Shown here piece after piece: positions 24,228 to 35,187 of a stretch of 64,000 nt of DNA. The position numbers were made by a program, and so were the translations under genes. Source of the stretch: an uncultured Methanosarcinaceae archaeon (GTDB lineage Archaea > Halobacteriota > Methanosarcinia > Methanosarcinales > Methanosarcinaceae); the NCBI GenBank assembly GCA_963727895.1, contig CAVSHT010000011.1, forward strand, positions 192,001 through 256,000. Direction: 5' to 3'. Numbering within the stretch: the stretch's first letter is position 1; each line of letters starts with the position of its first letter. The notes under the pieces are model-generated. The model saw only the letters and a program-made list of their open reading frames with translations, made no database searches and was not told the origin of the DNA.

Positions 24228-27128
24228 TCATTCATGAAATTTTTGGATTATTGGCAAAGTGAAATAAAAGGTTGAACCAATTTCAGGTTCAGATTCTACC
24301 CAAATATGTCCTCCATGTCTTTCAATAATTTTCTTACATATTGAAAGCCCTATACCTGTTCCTGGGTATTCATCCCTTTTATTGAGTCTTTTAAAAACCT
24401 CAAAGATTCTCTCAGAGAATTTTGGATCTATTCCAATTCCGTTATCCTGTACTGAAAAGAGCCATTGATTGTTTTTTTTCTTTGCAGAGATTTTAATTTT
24501 GGGGGTATTCTCGCTGCGAAATTTTATTGCATTGCTGATAAGGTTCTGGAATACTTGAGCAAGTTGACTAGAATCCGCCATTACTACAGGTAAAGAATCA
24601 TAAGATACATCAGCTTCGTTTTCTTTTATAGAAACCTCCAGATCAAACACTACCTGTTTCAAAATAGAGTTGCAATTTGTAGGTTCAAATTCTCTGGCTT
24701 TTGTAGTAACTCTGGAGAATTCCAGAAGGTCATTAATCAGGTTTTGCATACGGGAAGCCCCGTCTACAGCAAAATAGATGTATTTGTCAGCCTTATCGTC
24801 AAGCTTTCCCTGATATTTTCTTTGTAAAAGTTGTAAATAACTCGCTATCATTCTTAAAGGTTCTTGTAAATCGTGGGATGATACGTAAGCAAACTGTTCT
24901 AATTCAGCATTTGAGCGAGCAAGTTCTTTTAATTTTAATTTTAACATTGATTCTGCATTTTTTAGTTCAGTAATGTCACGTGCAGCTGCAAAAACTCCAA
25001 TAACTTCCCCATCTTCGTTTCTGTAAACCGATGCGTTATATAAAACCGGTGTCACATATCCGTCTTTGTGCTGAATTTCAAGCTCATAGTCCAGCACCAA
25101 TCCTTCCCTGAAAACCTGCTGGTAACTTTCCCTAGCTTTGTCAGGCTCAGTGAAATAATCTGAAAAATCAGTTCCTATTAATTCACATCTGGAAAAACCG
25201 GTAACCAGTTCCGTAGCTTTATTCACATCAGTAATTTTACCATCAGGACCAATAGTTACAAGGGGATCTATGCTTGCCTCAATAAGACTGCGATTGTATT
25301 CATTAGCTAGCTTTAACGCCTTTTCAGTCTTTTTATGTTCAGTAATATCCTGAACTGTCCCTCTCATCCGGACAGGAATATTTTTTTCATTAAAAATAAC
25401 CTCGGCCTGTTCGTGTACCACACGTTCTTCTCCACTGACTAAGATTATCCGGTGATTGATGTTGTAGTTTTTTCCGTTTAAAGCTTCTTTAACAGCCCTG
25501 TTTACATAATCTCGGTCTTCTTGATGTACATATTTAAGAAATTCATCATAAGTTGTCCAGACTTCTTGAGGGCTACATCCGAAGATGCGATATACTTCAT
25601 CGGACCAGTATAACTCATTAGTTACAATATTCCAGTCCCAGTTTCCAAGATGCGCCATTTTCTGTGCTTCAGAAAGACTTCTTTCACTTTCCTTCAAAGA
25701 ATAATAGGCTTTTTCAACTTCTGATGTCCTTTCTTCAACTAACGTTTCTAAATTATCAAGTGTCTCTTTTAACCTGAATTCAGCTTTTTTTATATCTTTA
25801 ATATCACGGGAAACAGCAAGGACAGATGTTACTTTTCCATTAACAGACTCAGGTACTATTCTTGTATTAAAATAGTATTCTTTTCCTTGAGGCGATATAT
25901 ACTGGAATTCCATTGTTCTGGGTTCTCCAGTAGCAAATACGCTCTGATAATTTTGTTCCCATAATTTTATTTGTTCAGGACCTTTGCCAAGTTCTTGATT
26001 GTTTTTCCCAATAATTTCGTTCTGAGAATAACCATATACTTCAGCAGCAGCAGGATTGACATAAATGTGGCGATTTTGCCTATCAAAACGTGCTATTACG
26101 TCAGGAGAATTTTCAGCCAGCGCACGGAATTCAGTTTCACTTCTTAACAGAGCTTCTTCAGCGTTTTTACGTTCATTGATGTCATGGGCAACATGAACGC
26201 TTCCAATAATATTTCCTTCAGAGTCATAAAGCGGCGAGACACTCACTATGAAATAACCACCAAGGCAATCCTCACAAATCTCAACAGTATGTTCAAGTCC
26301 GTCGTCAAGCAGTCGCCTGTGAGGACAAAAATAAGGAGGCTCATCTATTCCATGCATAACCCGATAACAATTTAAGCCGTTACACTTTTCTGGAGATAAA
26401 CCCAATCTTGCCGCCATAGCTCGATTTGCACGGACAATCCGGTATTCTTTGTCAAGGATAGCTATCAGGTCCGGAATACTATCAAAGGTAGATTTCCAAT
26501 ACTGTGTGGATTGAAAAACACTCTCTTTTTCCCTTTTACGCCTGAAACTCTCAATTTGCGTCCATTTCTCTTCTTTTTTAATCAGGGAAAACTGATGGTT
26601 AATGACTACATCGGCAATCTCGGTTGCACTGCACTTATCAAGGAAATAGGTACACAGAGCTATCATGGAGTAATTGCCAATGATACTGTCAATTTCCCCT
26701 TCATAATTAACAAAACTATTCCAGTCTTTTTTTTCCAGCCAAAGAATGTTTCCACTCAACCTCAAACCATCGTAACCATCAGCCAGAGCTCTATTGAGTT
26801 TTTCAATCCAGCCGTTAATCACTTTTTGCGAATCGAAAATTCCCTCTTTGAAATACCAGTGAGTGAAAGGAAGAATCTCAATTTGTTCTTTTTCCAGGTA
26901 AACATCAATTTCTGGAACAGCTTCTCTAAGAGCTTTTTTTGCATCTTCTATTTCCAGGGGTTCTGATGTGATCCACATACAAAATTCGTTATTTTCCAGC
27001 CCTGCTTTGAAGTAGGGAACCAGTATGTCAATCAAATCCTGTTTTGTCTGGTAAAATTGACAGAAGTGCGTTCCCCAGGGCACCTCACCAATAATGTCAA
27101 TTCCAGATTTTCTTAAACTTTTTTTCAT
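24228..27128 (-). CDS. MEDS-multi-PAS histidine kinase
   Basis: N-terminal MEDS (WGTHFCQFY), about four PAS domains, SHDLQEPLR H-box, NLISNAIKF, GTGIGL. Confidence 0.95.
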   Translation of the reverse strand: MKKSLRKSGIDIIGEVPWGTHFCQFYQTKQDLIDILVPYFKAGLENNEFCMWITSEPLEIEDAKKALREAVPEIDVYLEKEQIEILPFTHWYFKEGIFDSQKVINGWIEKLNRALADGYDGLRLSGNILWLEKKDWNSFVNYEGEIDSIIGNYSMIALCTYFLDKCSATEIADVVINHQFSLIKKEEKWTQIESFRRKREKESVFQSTQYWKSTFDSIPDLIAILDKEYRIVRANRAMAARLGLSPEKCNGLNCYRVMHGIDEPPYFCPHRRLLDDGLEHTVEICEDCLGGYFIVSVSPLYDSEGNIIGSVHVAHDINERKNAEEALLRSETEFRALAENSPDVIARFDRQNRHIYVNPAAAEVYGYSQNEIIGKNNQELGKGPEQIKLWEQNYQSVFATGEPRTMEFQYISPQGKEYYFNTRIVPESVNGKVTSVLAVSRDIKDIKKAEFRLKETLDNLETLVEERTSEVEKAYYSLKESERSLSEAQKMAHLGNWDWNIVTNELYWSDEVYRIFGCSPQEVWTTYDEFLKYVHQEDRDYVNRAVKEALNGKNYNINHRIILVSGEERVVHEQAEVIFNEKNIPVRMRGTVQDITEHKKTEKALKLANEYNRSLIEASIDPLVTIGPDGKITDVNKATELVTGFSRCELIGTDFSDYFTEPDKARESYQQVFREGLVLDYELEIQHKDGYVTPVLYNASVYRNEDGEVIGVFAAARDITELKNAESMLKLKLKELARSNAELEQFAYVSSHDLQEPLRMIASYLQLLQRKYQGKLDDKADKYIYFAVDGASRMQNLINDLLEFSRVTTKAREFEPTNCNSILKQVVFDLEVSIKENEADVSYDSLPVVMADSSQLAQVFQNLISNAIKFRSENTPKIKISAKKKNNQWLFSVQDNGIGIDPKFSERIFEVFKRLNKRDEYPGTGIGLSICKKIIERHGGHIWVESEPEIGSTFYFTLPIIQKFHE

Positions 27129-27451
27129 TACAACCCTTTCCAAATGCAATTCTAGTTTAAAAATTAATGTTGATAAGCTGTGAATTAATATAAATTTAAA
27201 ACTGTTTTGTAAAATAATAAATATACTATTTATTGAAATATTTTTGTAAAATCAATTATTTATTATTCGTGCTCTTTGATTTTTTTGAGTTATAAGATTG
27301 CCTATAATAAAAATAAAACATTTGAATATGGAATAGAAAATTAGTAAAAAGAGTTACTTTGTACATTAGAGAGATACAATAAATATTAGGAAGTACAAAA
27401 AATATTATAAGACATAGAAGTGTTTTTACTTTTCAAAAAGAAAAATAAAGC

Positions 27452-30400
27452 TCACTTTTTTGTTTCTGTTTCTATTTTTGAACGTATCATCTTAGCACGC
27501 TTAGAGATTTTTGTAGCTTCTCGATTCCTTTTTATGTAATTCAACAAGGATGGATAATGCTCTAAGAGACTAGCAAGCTCAAGAATATTTTCCCCTTTGG
27601 TTTTTTCCATAACTTTAATTGCTCGCTCAAAATAAGGTGTGGATTTGAGATACTTTTTTTGTTTGTATAAACAAATTGCTAAATTTTGAAGGCGATTACA
27701 CATATCTGGATGTTCAGGGCCAAGTGCTTTTTCTGTGATTTTCAAGGCACGAGTATACAGAGACTCGTCTTCAGAATATCTGCCTATATCAATATAAACT
27801 CCGGCTAAATTATTAAGGCACGTACTTATATTTGGATGTTCAAAGCCAAGCACTTTTTCTGTGATTTTCAAGGCACGAGTATACAGAGGTTCAGCTTCAG
27901 AATACCTGCCCAAATCAATATAAACTGTGGCTAAATTATTAAGGCAATTACCCATATCTGGATGTTCAGGACCAAACACTTTTTCAGTGATATTCAATGC
28001 TCGGATTCGTAGTGATTCGGCTTCTGAATACCTACCCAAATCTCTGCAAACTCCAGCTAAGTTGTCGAGGCTCTCTGCTATAGCTGGATCATCTGAATTT
28101 AAAATAGTTTCTCGGATTTTTAATGCACGTACACTTAGCGGTTCCGCTTTAGAATACTTACCTAAATATCTGTAAAGTTCCGCTAAATTGTTAAGACTCT
28201 CTGCTATAGCTGAATTATCTGAATTTAAAGTATTTTCTCGAATATCAAGTGCATGCAAATATAGTGGTTCTGCTTCAGAGTACCTACCTAAATCGTAATA
28301 CATCCTCCCTAAATTATTGAAACTTTCAGAAATATCAAAATGTTCAGGTTCCAGAATATTCTTTCTGATTTCCAATGAACTTTTTAAAAGTACCTCACTT
28401 TCCTTAAAACGTGCACTTTTATGCAGGTAACTACAGGTTGCGTTTAACAATTTTGCGGACTCTTCAGTTTCGAGGTCCCACAACCCAATACTTATTCTGC
28501 ACAGGTATGAGCATGTGGAAGAAGTTTCTCGCAAAGTTCCCAATTTTTATACTCAACCTCAGGAAATGCACGGTTTACAGCTTTAACAACACTTTCAGCC
28601 CAGAGTTTCTGTTCATTTATTTCCATTCCGTCTTTAAGAACAGCCTGTACAAGATGGTGGATATCATAAGTATGGGAACCAGCATCACGATTAATTAAAG
28701 AGTATTGCCAAAGTGGATTAAGAATTTCATCAAAAACTAGTGGATCTATATCAGCTTCAGCAAATGCGGCAGAAATTAACGGTCCTAACTCATTCGCCCC
28801 TTTATAAAAAATATCAGATGGTATTTCGTTTGGATTGAGAAAAGCACTGACATATACAAAATCTGCTGATACCTTTGAATTTTTCGTTACTTTTTCAAAA
28901 TTCATTAACCAAGTGGCGGCTATCGATTCTGGGTATTTATTAGTATTGATTGGAGATTTTTCTAATAACTTCAAACCACGTTTATTGTAGCTGACCAAAT
29001 AATCTTTGAAACTGGAGTTGTTTGCATAAATATAGGCTCCTGCTTGTTCTAAAGCCAATGGGAGATAACCAAGTTCATGTACAAGCTTTTCAAGGGCTTC
29101 AATCTCGGATTGATCCAGATTATTACGCAGCGTGCGTTTCAAAAGGAAACTTTTAGCTTCGTCAGGAGTCATTGCCTCCATATCAACAAGTTTTGTAATG
29201 TCCAATTTATCAAAAACTCTTAACCTTGAGGTTAGGAGAATATGCCCTTTGGGATCTGGGAGGAGATAACGCTTTACAAAAGAAATGTCATCTGCATTGT
29301 CAAAAACAAGTAACCATTTTTCGTGGGTTCTAAACCAGTTTAATACAGATGAAACAATATTATTCTGGTCGGAGTCGTTTTTAACCGGTAAATTCAATAA
29401 TTTTGCAATATCGACGTAGCTGGAAATTATTTAATCTTCAGAATAAGCTTTTACCCAGAATATAAATTCATATTCAGCACGATAACGATAAGTATATTCA
29501 ATCGCAGTTTGTGTTTTCCCAATACCTCCAAGTCCACACACAGCAACAGGTTGAGATACAACAACCGTATTCTCTGAAAGAAGAGCTTCACGTATTTGTT
29601 TTAACTTGTCTTTACGTCCTGTAAAACGAAGATTTCTTGAATAAGGAATGTTTGATATTGCGGTTTTTGTTTCTTGCTCAGTCTCAGAAGATGTCAGTTT
29701 TTTTAGATTTCCAACATATGAGTTTTCACTATTTTGTTTAGTTAGAAATTGAAAAGAAGAATCACCCGTTTGCTGCATTTGTTCATTTAAAACAGCAATT
29801 ATCTCCGAAGGAAATTTTGGGGCATGATCATACTCCACTACAGCAGAATTATTTGATATTGTAATTGGAATTCCATACTTGACCAGAACATCCATAACAG
29901 GTTGAGTTTTAATTTTAAATTTGTTAATGAACTCTTCATGGATGAAAGAATTATACGGTCCAAAGTCTTCAGAGCGAAGCCTGATTGTTATAAGAATCTC
30001 GCCAGAATCATTGAAAACGACCTTTGTGTTGTTATGCACCCACCAGAAAACACTATTATGGACATCAAGTGAAAAATTCAGAACGGTTTTAATCGAAACT
30101 CTATTGCTGTCAATATCAAGCTCATCTGCAAAACGTAAAAGCGCCGCCACCATTCTTTTACGCTCATGAGGATCAAAGATTAAACCTTCTGAACATTTAG
30201 TAAGAAATAATTTGGAATGGTATTTACAAATATCCATTAAATCATTAACTAAATCATCAGGCACACTTTTAATGGCACTATGTAATTCAGATGTGTTATT
30301 TCCGTATGCATCGTCAATCCATGCAGCAGTTAAATATTGATGATTTTTACGAATCTGTCTTTGATCATCTACAGAATACGTGCTAGACTTCTTTGAATTA

Positions 30401-30735
30401 AATTCACCGTCAAATTCTGCACCTAAATTTTCAGCTTTAGCCTTAAGTTGGGGAAACTTAACGATATCACATTGCATTCCTATATCATGTAGATAAATGC
30501 CTGCAAATAGCAGGTATATTTCTTGTTCTGAAAAATCCTTGTCTAATTTCGCCTGAAGTAACTTATCCACAAAATGAGCAAGCCTTTCACTATGTTTAAC
30601 ACCATGATCAGTATAATCCTGTACTATTCTAGGAGCATCACTTGCCCAGATCTCTTCCATTGCCCCACGAATAGAATTAAGGCTATCGAGCAAACGGCGA
30701 TCAGAAATGTATTCAGTTATACTTTTAGTTTCCAC
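27452..30735 (-). pseudogene. HD phosphohydrolase-STAND/NB-ARC ATPase-TPR protein (NLR-like), one in-frame stop and one frameshift
   Basis: HD motifs DHGVKH, YLHDIG, RFADELD; Walker A GLGGIGKT; Walker B LLVFDN; GYLPLAL; IHHLVQ; 42-aa TPR repeats; TAA at 29431-29433 is in frame with the next ORF; frameshift near 28490. Confidence 0.85.
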
Positions 30736-31123
30736 TTTAGTAAATGTCTCCGTTGAAATGTCACTTCGTTTTGTTGAAGCATCCGAATTCTGAATGACAA
30801 GCGAAATTTTTGATGTAAATAATTTTATAAATTATTATTTAAGCTTTGTTAAATTTTTGTGTGTTTTTAAGTTATCATTCGAAATTAACGAAAATGGATG
30901 ATATTAACGTAGTTTTGGGAAAAACAAAGTAAACATTTGAACCCAATTTCAAGACAAAAAGCTAATACTTCTTGGGTCAAAACAACTAAAAATAGTTAAA
31001 AGCTACGAAAAATCAGGTGCAGTAAAGACGATCAATTCCCGAAAATGGAAAATAACCGGCATTTACTGCGTTTTAAATTATGATTTGTAGAGTGCTGGAA
31101 ATATTTCTCAGCTTTTTTTAAAA

Positions 31124-32359
31124 TTATGTTCCGCATTCCCAGTCGTTCATGTAGCATTCCTGTGTCGACGTGAGTTCATCGATACTTACGCCCATTGATT
31201 CAAGCTTCATTTTTGCTACAAAAGTATCAAGCTCAAGAGGAACTTTGTGAACTCCATTTGGAAGCTTATTTTCGGCGATATAGCGTACACAAAGAGCCTG
31301 GTTTGCAAAACTCATATCCATAACCTCGGCAGGATGGCCGTCGCCAGCAGCAAGGTTAACCAGTCTTCCTTCAGCTATAACATTAATGCGCCTGTCGCCG
31401 AGATCATATTCCTTTATATTGTGTCTTACTGTTCTGCTGGATTTCGCAAGTGAAGCAAGGGCTTCCATATCGATTTCTACATTGAAGTGCCCGGAATTTG
31501 CAAGGATCGCTCCGTCAGGCATGGACTTGAAATGTTCGGCTGTAAGGATATCCCGATTTCCTGTGGTGGTCACAAAGATTTCACCTACTTTTGCGGCATC
31601 TGCCATTTTCATAACCCTGTACCCGTCCATCCTTGCTTCAAGAGCTCTTATAGGATCGACTTCGGTAACGATTACATTTGCCCCAAGTCCTGAAGCTCGC
31701 ATGGCAACTCCGCGCCCGCACCAGCCGTAGCCTGCAACAACAACATTTTTGCCTGCAACCAGAAGATTTGTGGTCCTATTAATTCCGTCCCATGCTGACT
31801 GACCTGTTCCATAACGGTTGTCAAACAGATATTTAGTCATGGCATCGTTTACTGCGATTACCGGCATTTTCAAGGCTCCATCCTTGTCCATTGAATGAAG
31901 TCTATGAACGCCAGTTGTTGTTTCTTCACAGCCGCCAAGGATATTCGGGAGCAGATCGGTTCTTTCTGTATGTAACTTAAATATAAGATCTGCTCCGTCA
32001 TCTATGGTGATATCAGGCTTAATGTCCAGTACCTTATCGATTGCGTCGTAATATTCCTGGTTTCCTACACCGTATCTTGCAAAGCAGCTAATATTCTTGC
32101 GAGTATCAAGAGCAAGAGACACATCATCCTGTGTACTTAGAGGATTGCAGCCGGTAATTGAAACCTCTGCACCGCCTGCAGCAAGAGTCTCTACAAGGAC
32201 TGCGGTTTTTGCCTCTACATGCAGGGCCATTCCTACCTTCAACCCTTTGAGGGGTTTATCCTCCTCAAATTTTTTCCTGACGATGGCAAGTACGGGCATA
32301 TGGTTTCTTGCCCATTCCATCTTCATGTTTCCGGATTCTATGAGTTCTTTTTCTGTCAT
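31124..32359 (-). CDS. ahcY: Adenosylhomocysteinase (SAH/SIH hydrolase)
   Basis: CNPLSTQD, EETTTGV, KYLFDNRYGTGQS, GYGWCGRG, EGRLVNL. Confidence 0.98.
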   Translation of the reverse strand: MTEKELIESGNMKMEWARNHMPVLAIVRKKFEEDKPLKGLKVGMALHVEAKTAVLVETLAAGGAEVSITGCNPLSTQDDVSLALDTRKNISCFARYGVGNQEYYDAIDKVLDIKPDITIDDGADLIFKLHTERTDLLPNILGGCEETTTGVHRLHSMDKDGALKMPVIAVNDAMTKYLFDNRYGTGQSAWDGINRTTNLLVAGKNVVVAGYGWCGRGVAMRASGLGANVIVTEVDPIRALEARMDGYRVMKMADAAKVGEIFVTTTGNRDILTAEHFKSMPDGAILANSGHFNVEIDMEALASLAKSSRTVRHNIKEYDLGDRRINVIAEGRLVNLAAGDGHPAEVMDMSFANQALCVRYIAENKLPNGVHKVPLELDTFVAKMKLESMGVSIDELTSTQECYMNDWECGT

Positions 32360-32492
32360 GTTGATCCCGTAATATAAATATAAAATTGAATTAGATCTTT
32401 ATTCAAGCTTCAAACATAAGTGTTTGCCTTTAAGTCATTCTGGTTCCACAGAGGAACACTTGATATAAATGATTTTATCATAGGAGAGAGTT

Positions 32493-33791
32493 TCAGGCAT
32501 TTACCCTTGAGACAAGCTCTTCTGCAGCTTTTTGAGCTTCTTCCATTACTTTCTGCTCGTCCATAGCCAGCACTCTATAGTCGTCCATAAGGACTTTACC
32601 ATTTACAATTGTTGTCCTGACATCGCTTCCTTTTGCAGAGTATACAAGGTGGGAAGGAACATCAAAGCAGGGGGTAAGGTGCGGTTTTTTCATATCTACC
32701 AGTATAAGGTCCGCTTTCATTCCAACCTTCAACATGCCGGCATCTGTGCCAAGGGCTTTTGCACCATTTACCGTACCCATTTGAAGTACCTGTCGTGCGG
32801 GAAGGACAGTGGGGCTGAAAGTATTGACCTTATGTAGAAGGGCAGCTGTTTTCATTTCTTCAAAAATGTCAAGATTATTGTTTGAGGCACAACCATCTGT
32901 GCCAAGGCTCACATTCACGCCTTTTTCAAGCATCTTGTGTACAGGCGCAATTCCTGAAGCAAGCTTCATGTTACTTATGACATTATGAGAAACATTCACT
33001 CCTCTTTTCGCAAGAATTTCTATATCGCCGTCCGAAAGCCAGACGCAGTGAGCAGCAAGCACATCAGGTCCAAAAAATCCTATATCTTCAAGAAGGTGTA
33101 CCGAACATTTTCCGTACCGTTCTTTCATAGCCAGAAGTTCGGCTTCTGTTTCAAGGAGATGAATATGGATTCCGGCTCCATCCTTGTTGGCTTCTTCTCT
33201 CACCTTTGCAAGAAATTCATCAGAACAGGTATTTGGAGCATGGGGACCGTACATTGTTTTAATTCTTCCGTCAGCTGCTCCCTGCCAGGCATGAACAAAA
33301 CGCTTTCCTTCCTGAAGGTCGTTTGCTCCTTTTTCTTCGTTCCAGAGCTCTATAAGCCCGTGACAAAGTGAAGCCCGAAGCCCTGATGCCTCAACAGCTT
33401 TTGCAGTTTCGTCCATATAGAAATACATATCTGCAAAAGAGGTAGTACCTGACTTGATCATCTCAAGACAGGCAAGCAAGCTCCCTTTATAGACGTCTTC
33501 TGCAGTCAGTTTTGCCTCAGCAGGCCAGATATGCCCTTCAAGCCAATCTGCAAGCTGCAAATCGTCGGCATAACCCCGAAAAAGCGTCATTGCAGCATGA
33601 TTATGCGTATTTACAAGACCGGGCATTACTACCGACTTATTTGCATCGATCACAGTCTCGGCACTTTCTTCAGTCTTTTTCCCGATCTCCGTAATCTTTC
33701 CGTCTTCAATGACAACGGTACCATTTTTAAGGTCTCCCACTTCAGGGTCCATCGTCAGAACATAAGCATTTTTTATAATTATATCAGCCAT
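32493..33791 (-). CDS. MTA/SAH/5'-deoxyadenosine deaminase (amidohydrolase)
   Basis: PGLVNTHNH, HIHLLET, AAHCV, SNMKLASG, GTDG; adjacent to ahcY. Confidence 0.9.
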   Translation of the reverse strand: MADIIIKNAYVLTMDPEVGDLKNGTVVIEDGKITEIGKKTEESAETVIDANKSVVMPGLVNTHNHAAMTLFRGYADDLQLADWLEGHIWPAEAKLTAEDVYKGSLLACLEMIKSGTTSFADMYFYMDETAKAVEASGLRASLCHGLIELWNEEKGANDLQEGKRFVHAWQGAADGRIKTMYGPHAPNTCSDEFLAKVREEANKDGAGIHIHLLETEAELLAMKERYGKCSVHLLEDIGFFGPDVLAAHCVWLSDGDIEILAKRGVNVSHNVISNMKLASGIAPVHKMLEKGVNVSLGTDGCASNNNLDIFEEMKTAALLHKVNTFSPTVLPARQVLQMGTVNGAKALGTDAGMLKVGMKADLILVDMKKPHLTPCFDVPSHLVYSAKGSDVRTTIVNGKVLMDDYRVLAMDEQKVMEEAQKAAEELVSRVNA

Positions 33792-34055
33792 ATAATCAAA
33801 TCCGTCAGGTAATGAACTGAAGTTAGATTAATTTAGGTTTAAGAGATTCTATATGAGTTTGAAAAATACTTAATTTAATGGGAAATTGAAATTTAGGTAA
33901 CTGGAATAAGAAGTTATCCTAAAAAAAGTTGTCCTGAAAATGATACTAAATTTTAAAGGTTGACAAATTGAGTATATTTATGCGTAGAGCGTTTTTCCAC
34001 AGCTATATATAAAATCATGCGGATATGTTGTATTATAAAAGGAGAACACCATAGA

Positions 34056-34274
34056 ATGAGAGAGTTTACTGTTGTCATCGAAAAGGATGAGGATGGAATT
34101 TACATAGCTTCTGTTCCGGAACTCCCTGGATGCCATACCCAGGCTGAAACTCTTGATGAGTTAAGCAGAAGGGTAAAAGAGGCAATTGAACTCTATTTTG
34201 AAGTTGAAGCCGAGAAAGGAAGAGAAAAGCATCTTGATTTCATTGGAATACAACAAGTTAAAGTTGAGGTCTGA
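34056..34274 (+). CDS. hicB: HicB-family antitoxin (short, no DNA-binding domain)
   Basis: VVIEKDEDG, VPELPGCHTQAET, KEAIELY. Confidence 0.9.
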   Translation: MREFTVVIEKDEDGIYIASVPELPGCHTQAETLDELSRRVKEAIELYFEVEAEKGREKHLDFIGIQQVKVEV

Positions 34275-34516
34275 TGAATAAAATATTACCTATTCCGGCA
34301 AAAAAAGTTGTGAAAGCACTTGAAAATATAGGGTTCGAGCAGATAAGGCAAAAGGACAGTCACTTATTTTTACGACATCCAGATGGAAGAACAACAATAG
34401 TCCCAATGCATCCTACTGAAAAGATAGGAAGAGGAATGATTAACAAAATAATAAAAGACGCAAAAATTACGCGGGAAGAATGGATTGAATTAATAAAAAG
34501 CCTTGTTCTTTTCTGA
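34274..34516 (+). CDS. hicA: HicA-family toxin
   Basis: VKALENIGF, RQKDSH, HPDGRTTIVPMH; TGATG translational coupling with hicB. Confidence 0.9.
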   Translation: MNKILPIPAKKVVKALENIGFEQIRQKDSHLFLRHPDGRTTIVPMHPTEKIGRGMINKIIKDAKITREEWIELIKSLVLF

Positions 34517-35101
34517 TGAAGCCTGATGATATTTAAGCAAGTGCTATTGATAAAATAAAACAAAGTTACTGGAAATCAGTTACGGATGAATCGTGTCCTA
34601 CGTTGGTGCTTTCAGTCTAACCTCTGTGTTTCTTAAGCTTTTTTACCTTTGATGTGTGGAGTTATCGAAGGAAACAAGTGTATTCCTACATATTTTGGAA
34701 TGATTGAGAAAACAAACACATAGGCATTTGTAGAAATTCTGTCCCGAAAGGGCAATTTCTTTATAATAAACAAGCGATAACATAGAAATCATGCTTTACG
34801 TGCCACGCTTTTCGCCAAAATTATGTTGATTCTACATACTTGAGGTAATTTGTAATTTTTCCGATATTTGCAATTTTACAGAAAATTAGGTACACTGCCC
34901 GGGATTCTTAACACCATACGCTACTTTCGAAACGAATCAGGGCATCCGAGTGGAAATAAGATAGAATAGGGATCAATGCTATGCTAATCTTCTTATCTTT
35001 ATTCAATACTGTAAAAAAGCATATCAGTTAATTGATGAGTTCTAAACTTTTACTAAACTCCCAATTGACCAATGGTTCTCATACTGCCATATACCCTAAT
35101 T

Positions 35102-35135
35102 AATGCATAGGTTTTATTGTAAACCTGTGCATTTC
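35102..35135. repeat. Palindromic ~34-bp motif, copy A
   Basis: AATGCATAGGTTTTATTGTAAACCTGTGCATTTC. Confidence 0.7.
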
Positions 35136-35187
35136 AATTATTTTTTGTCTAAATTTCAAGATAAAATTAGGCTAAAAAAACCATAAA

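Noticed and set aside
34722..34842. Possible MITE with TGTAGAA/TTCTACA ends
   Set aside because: The IR is only about 7 bp and there is no second copy in the window
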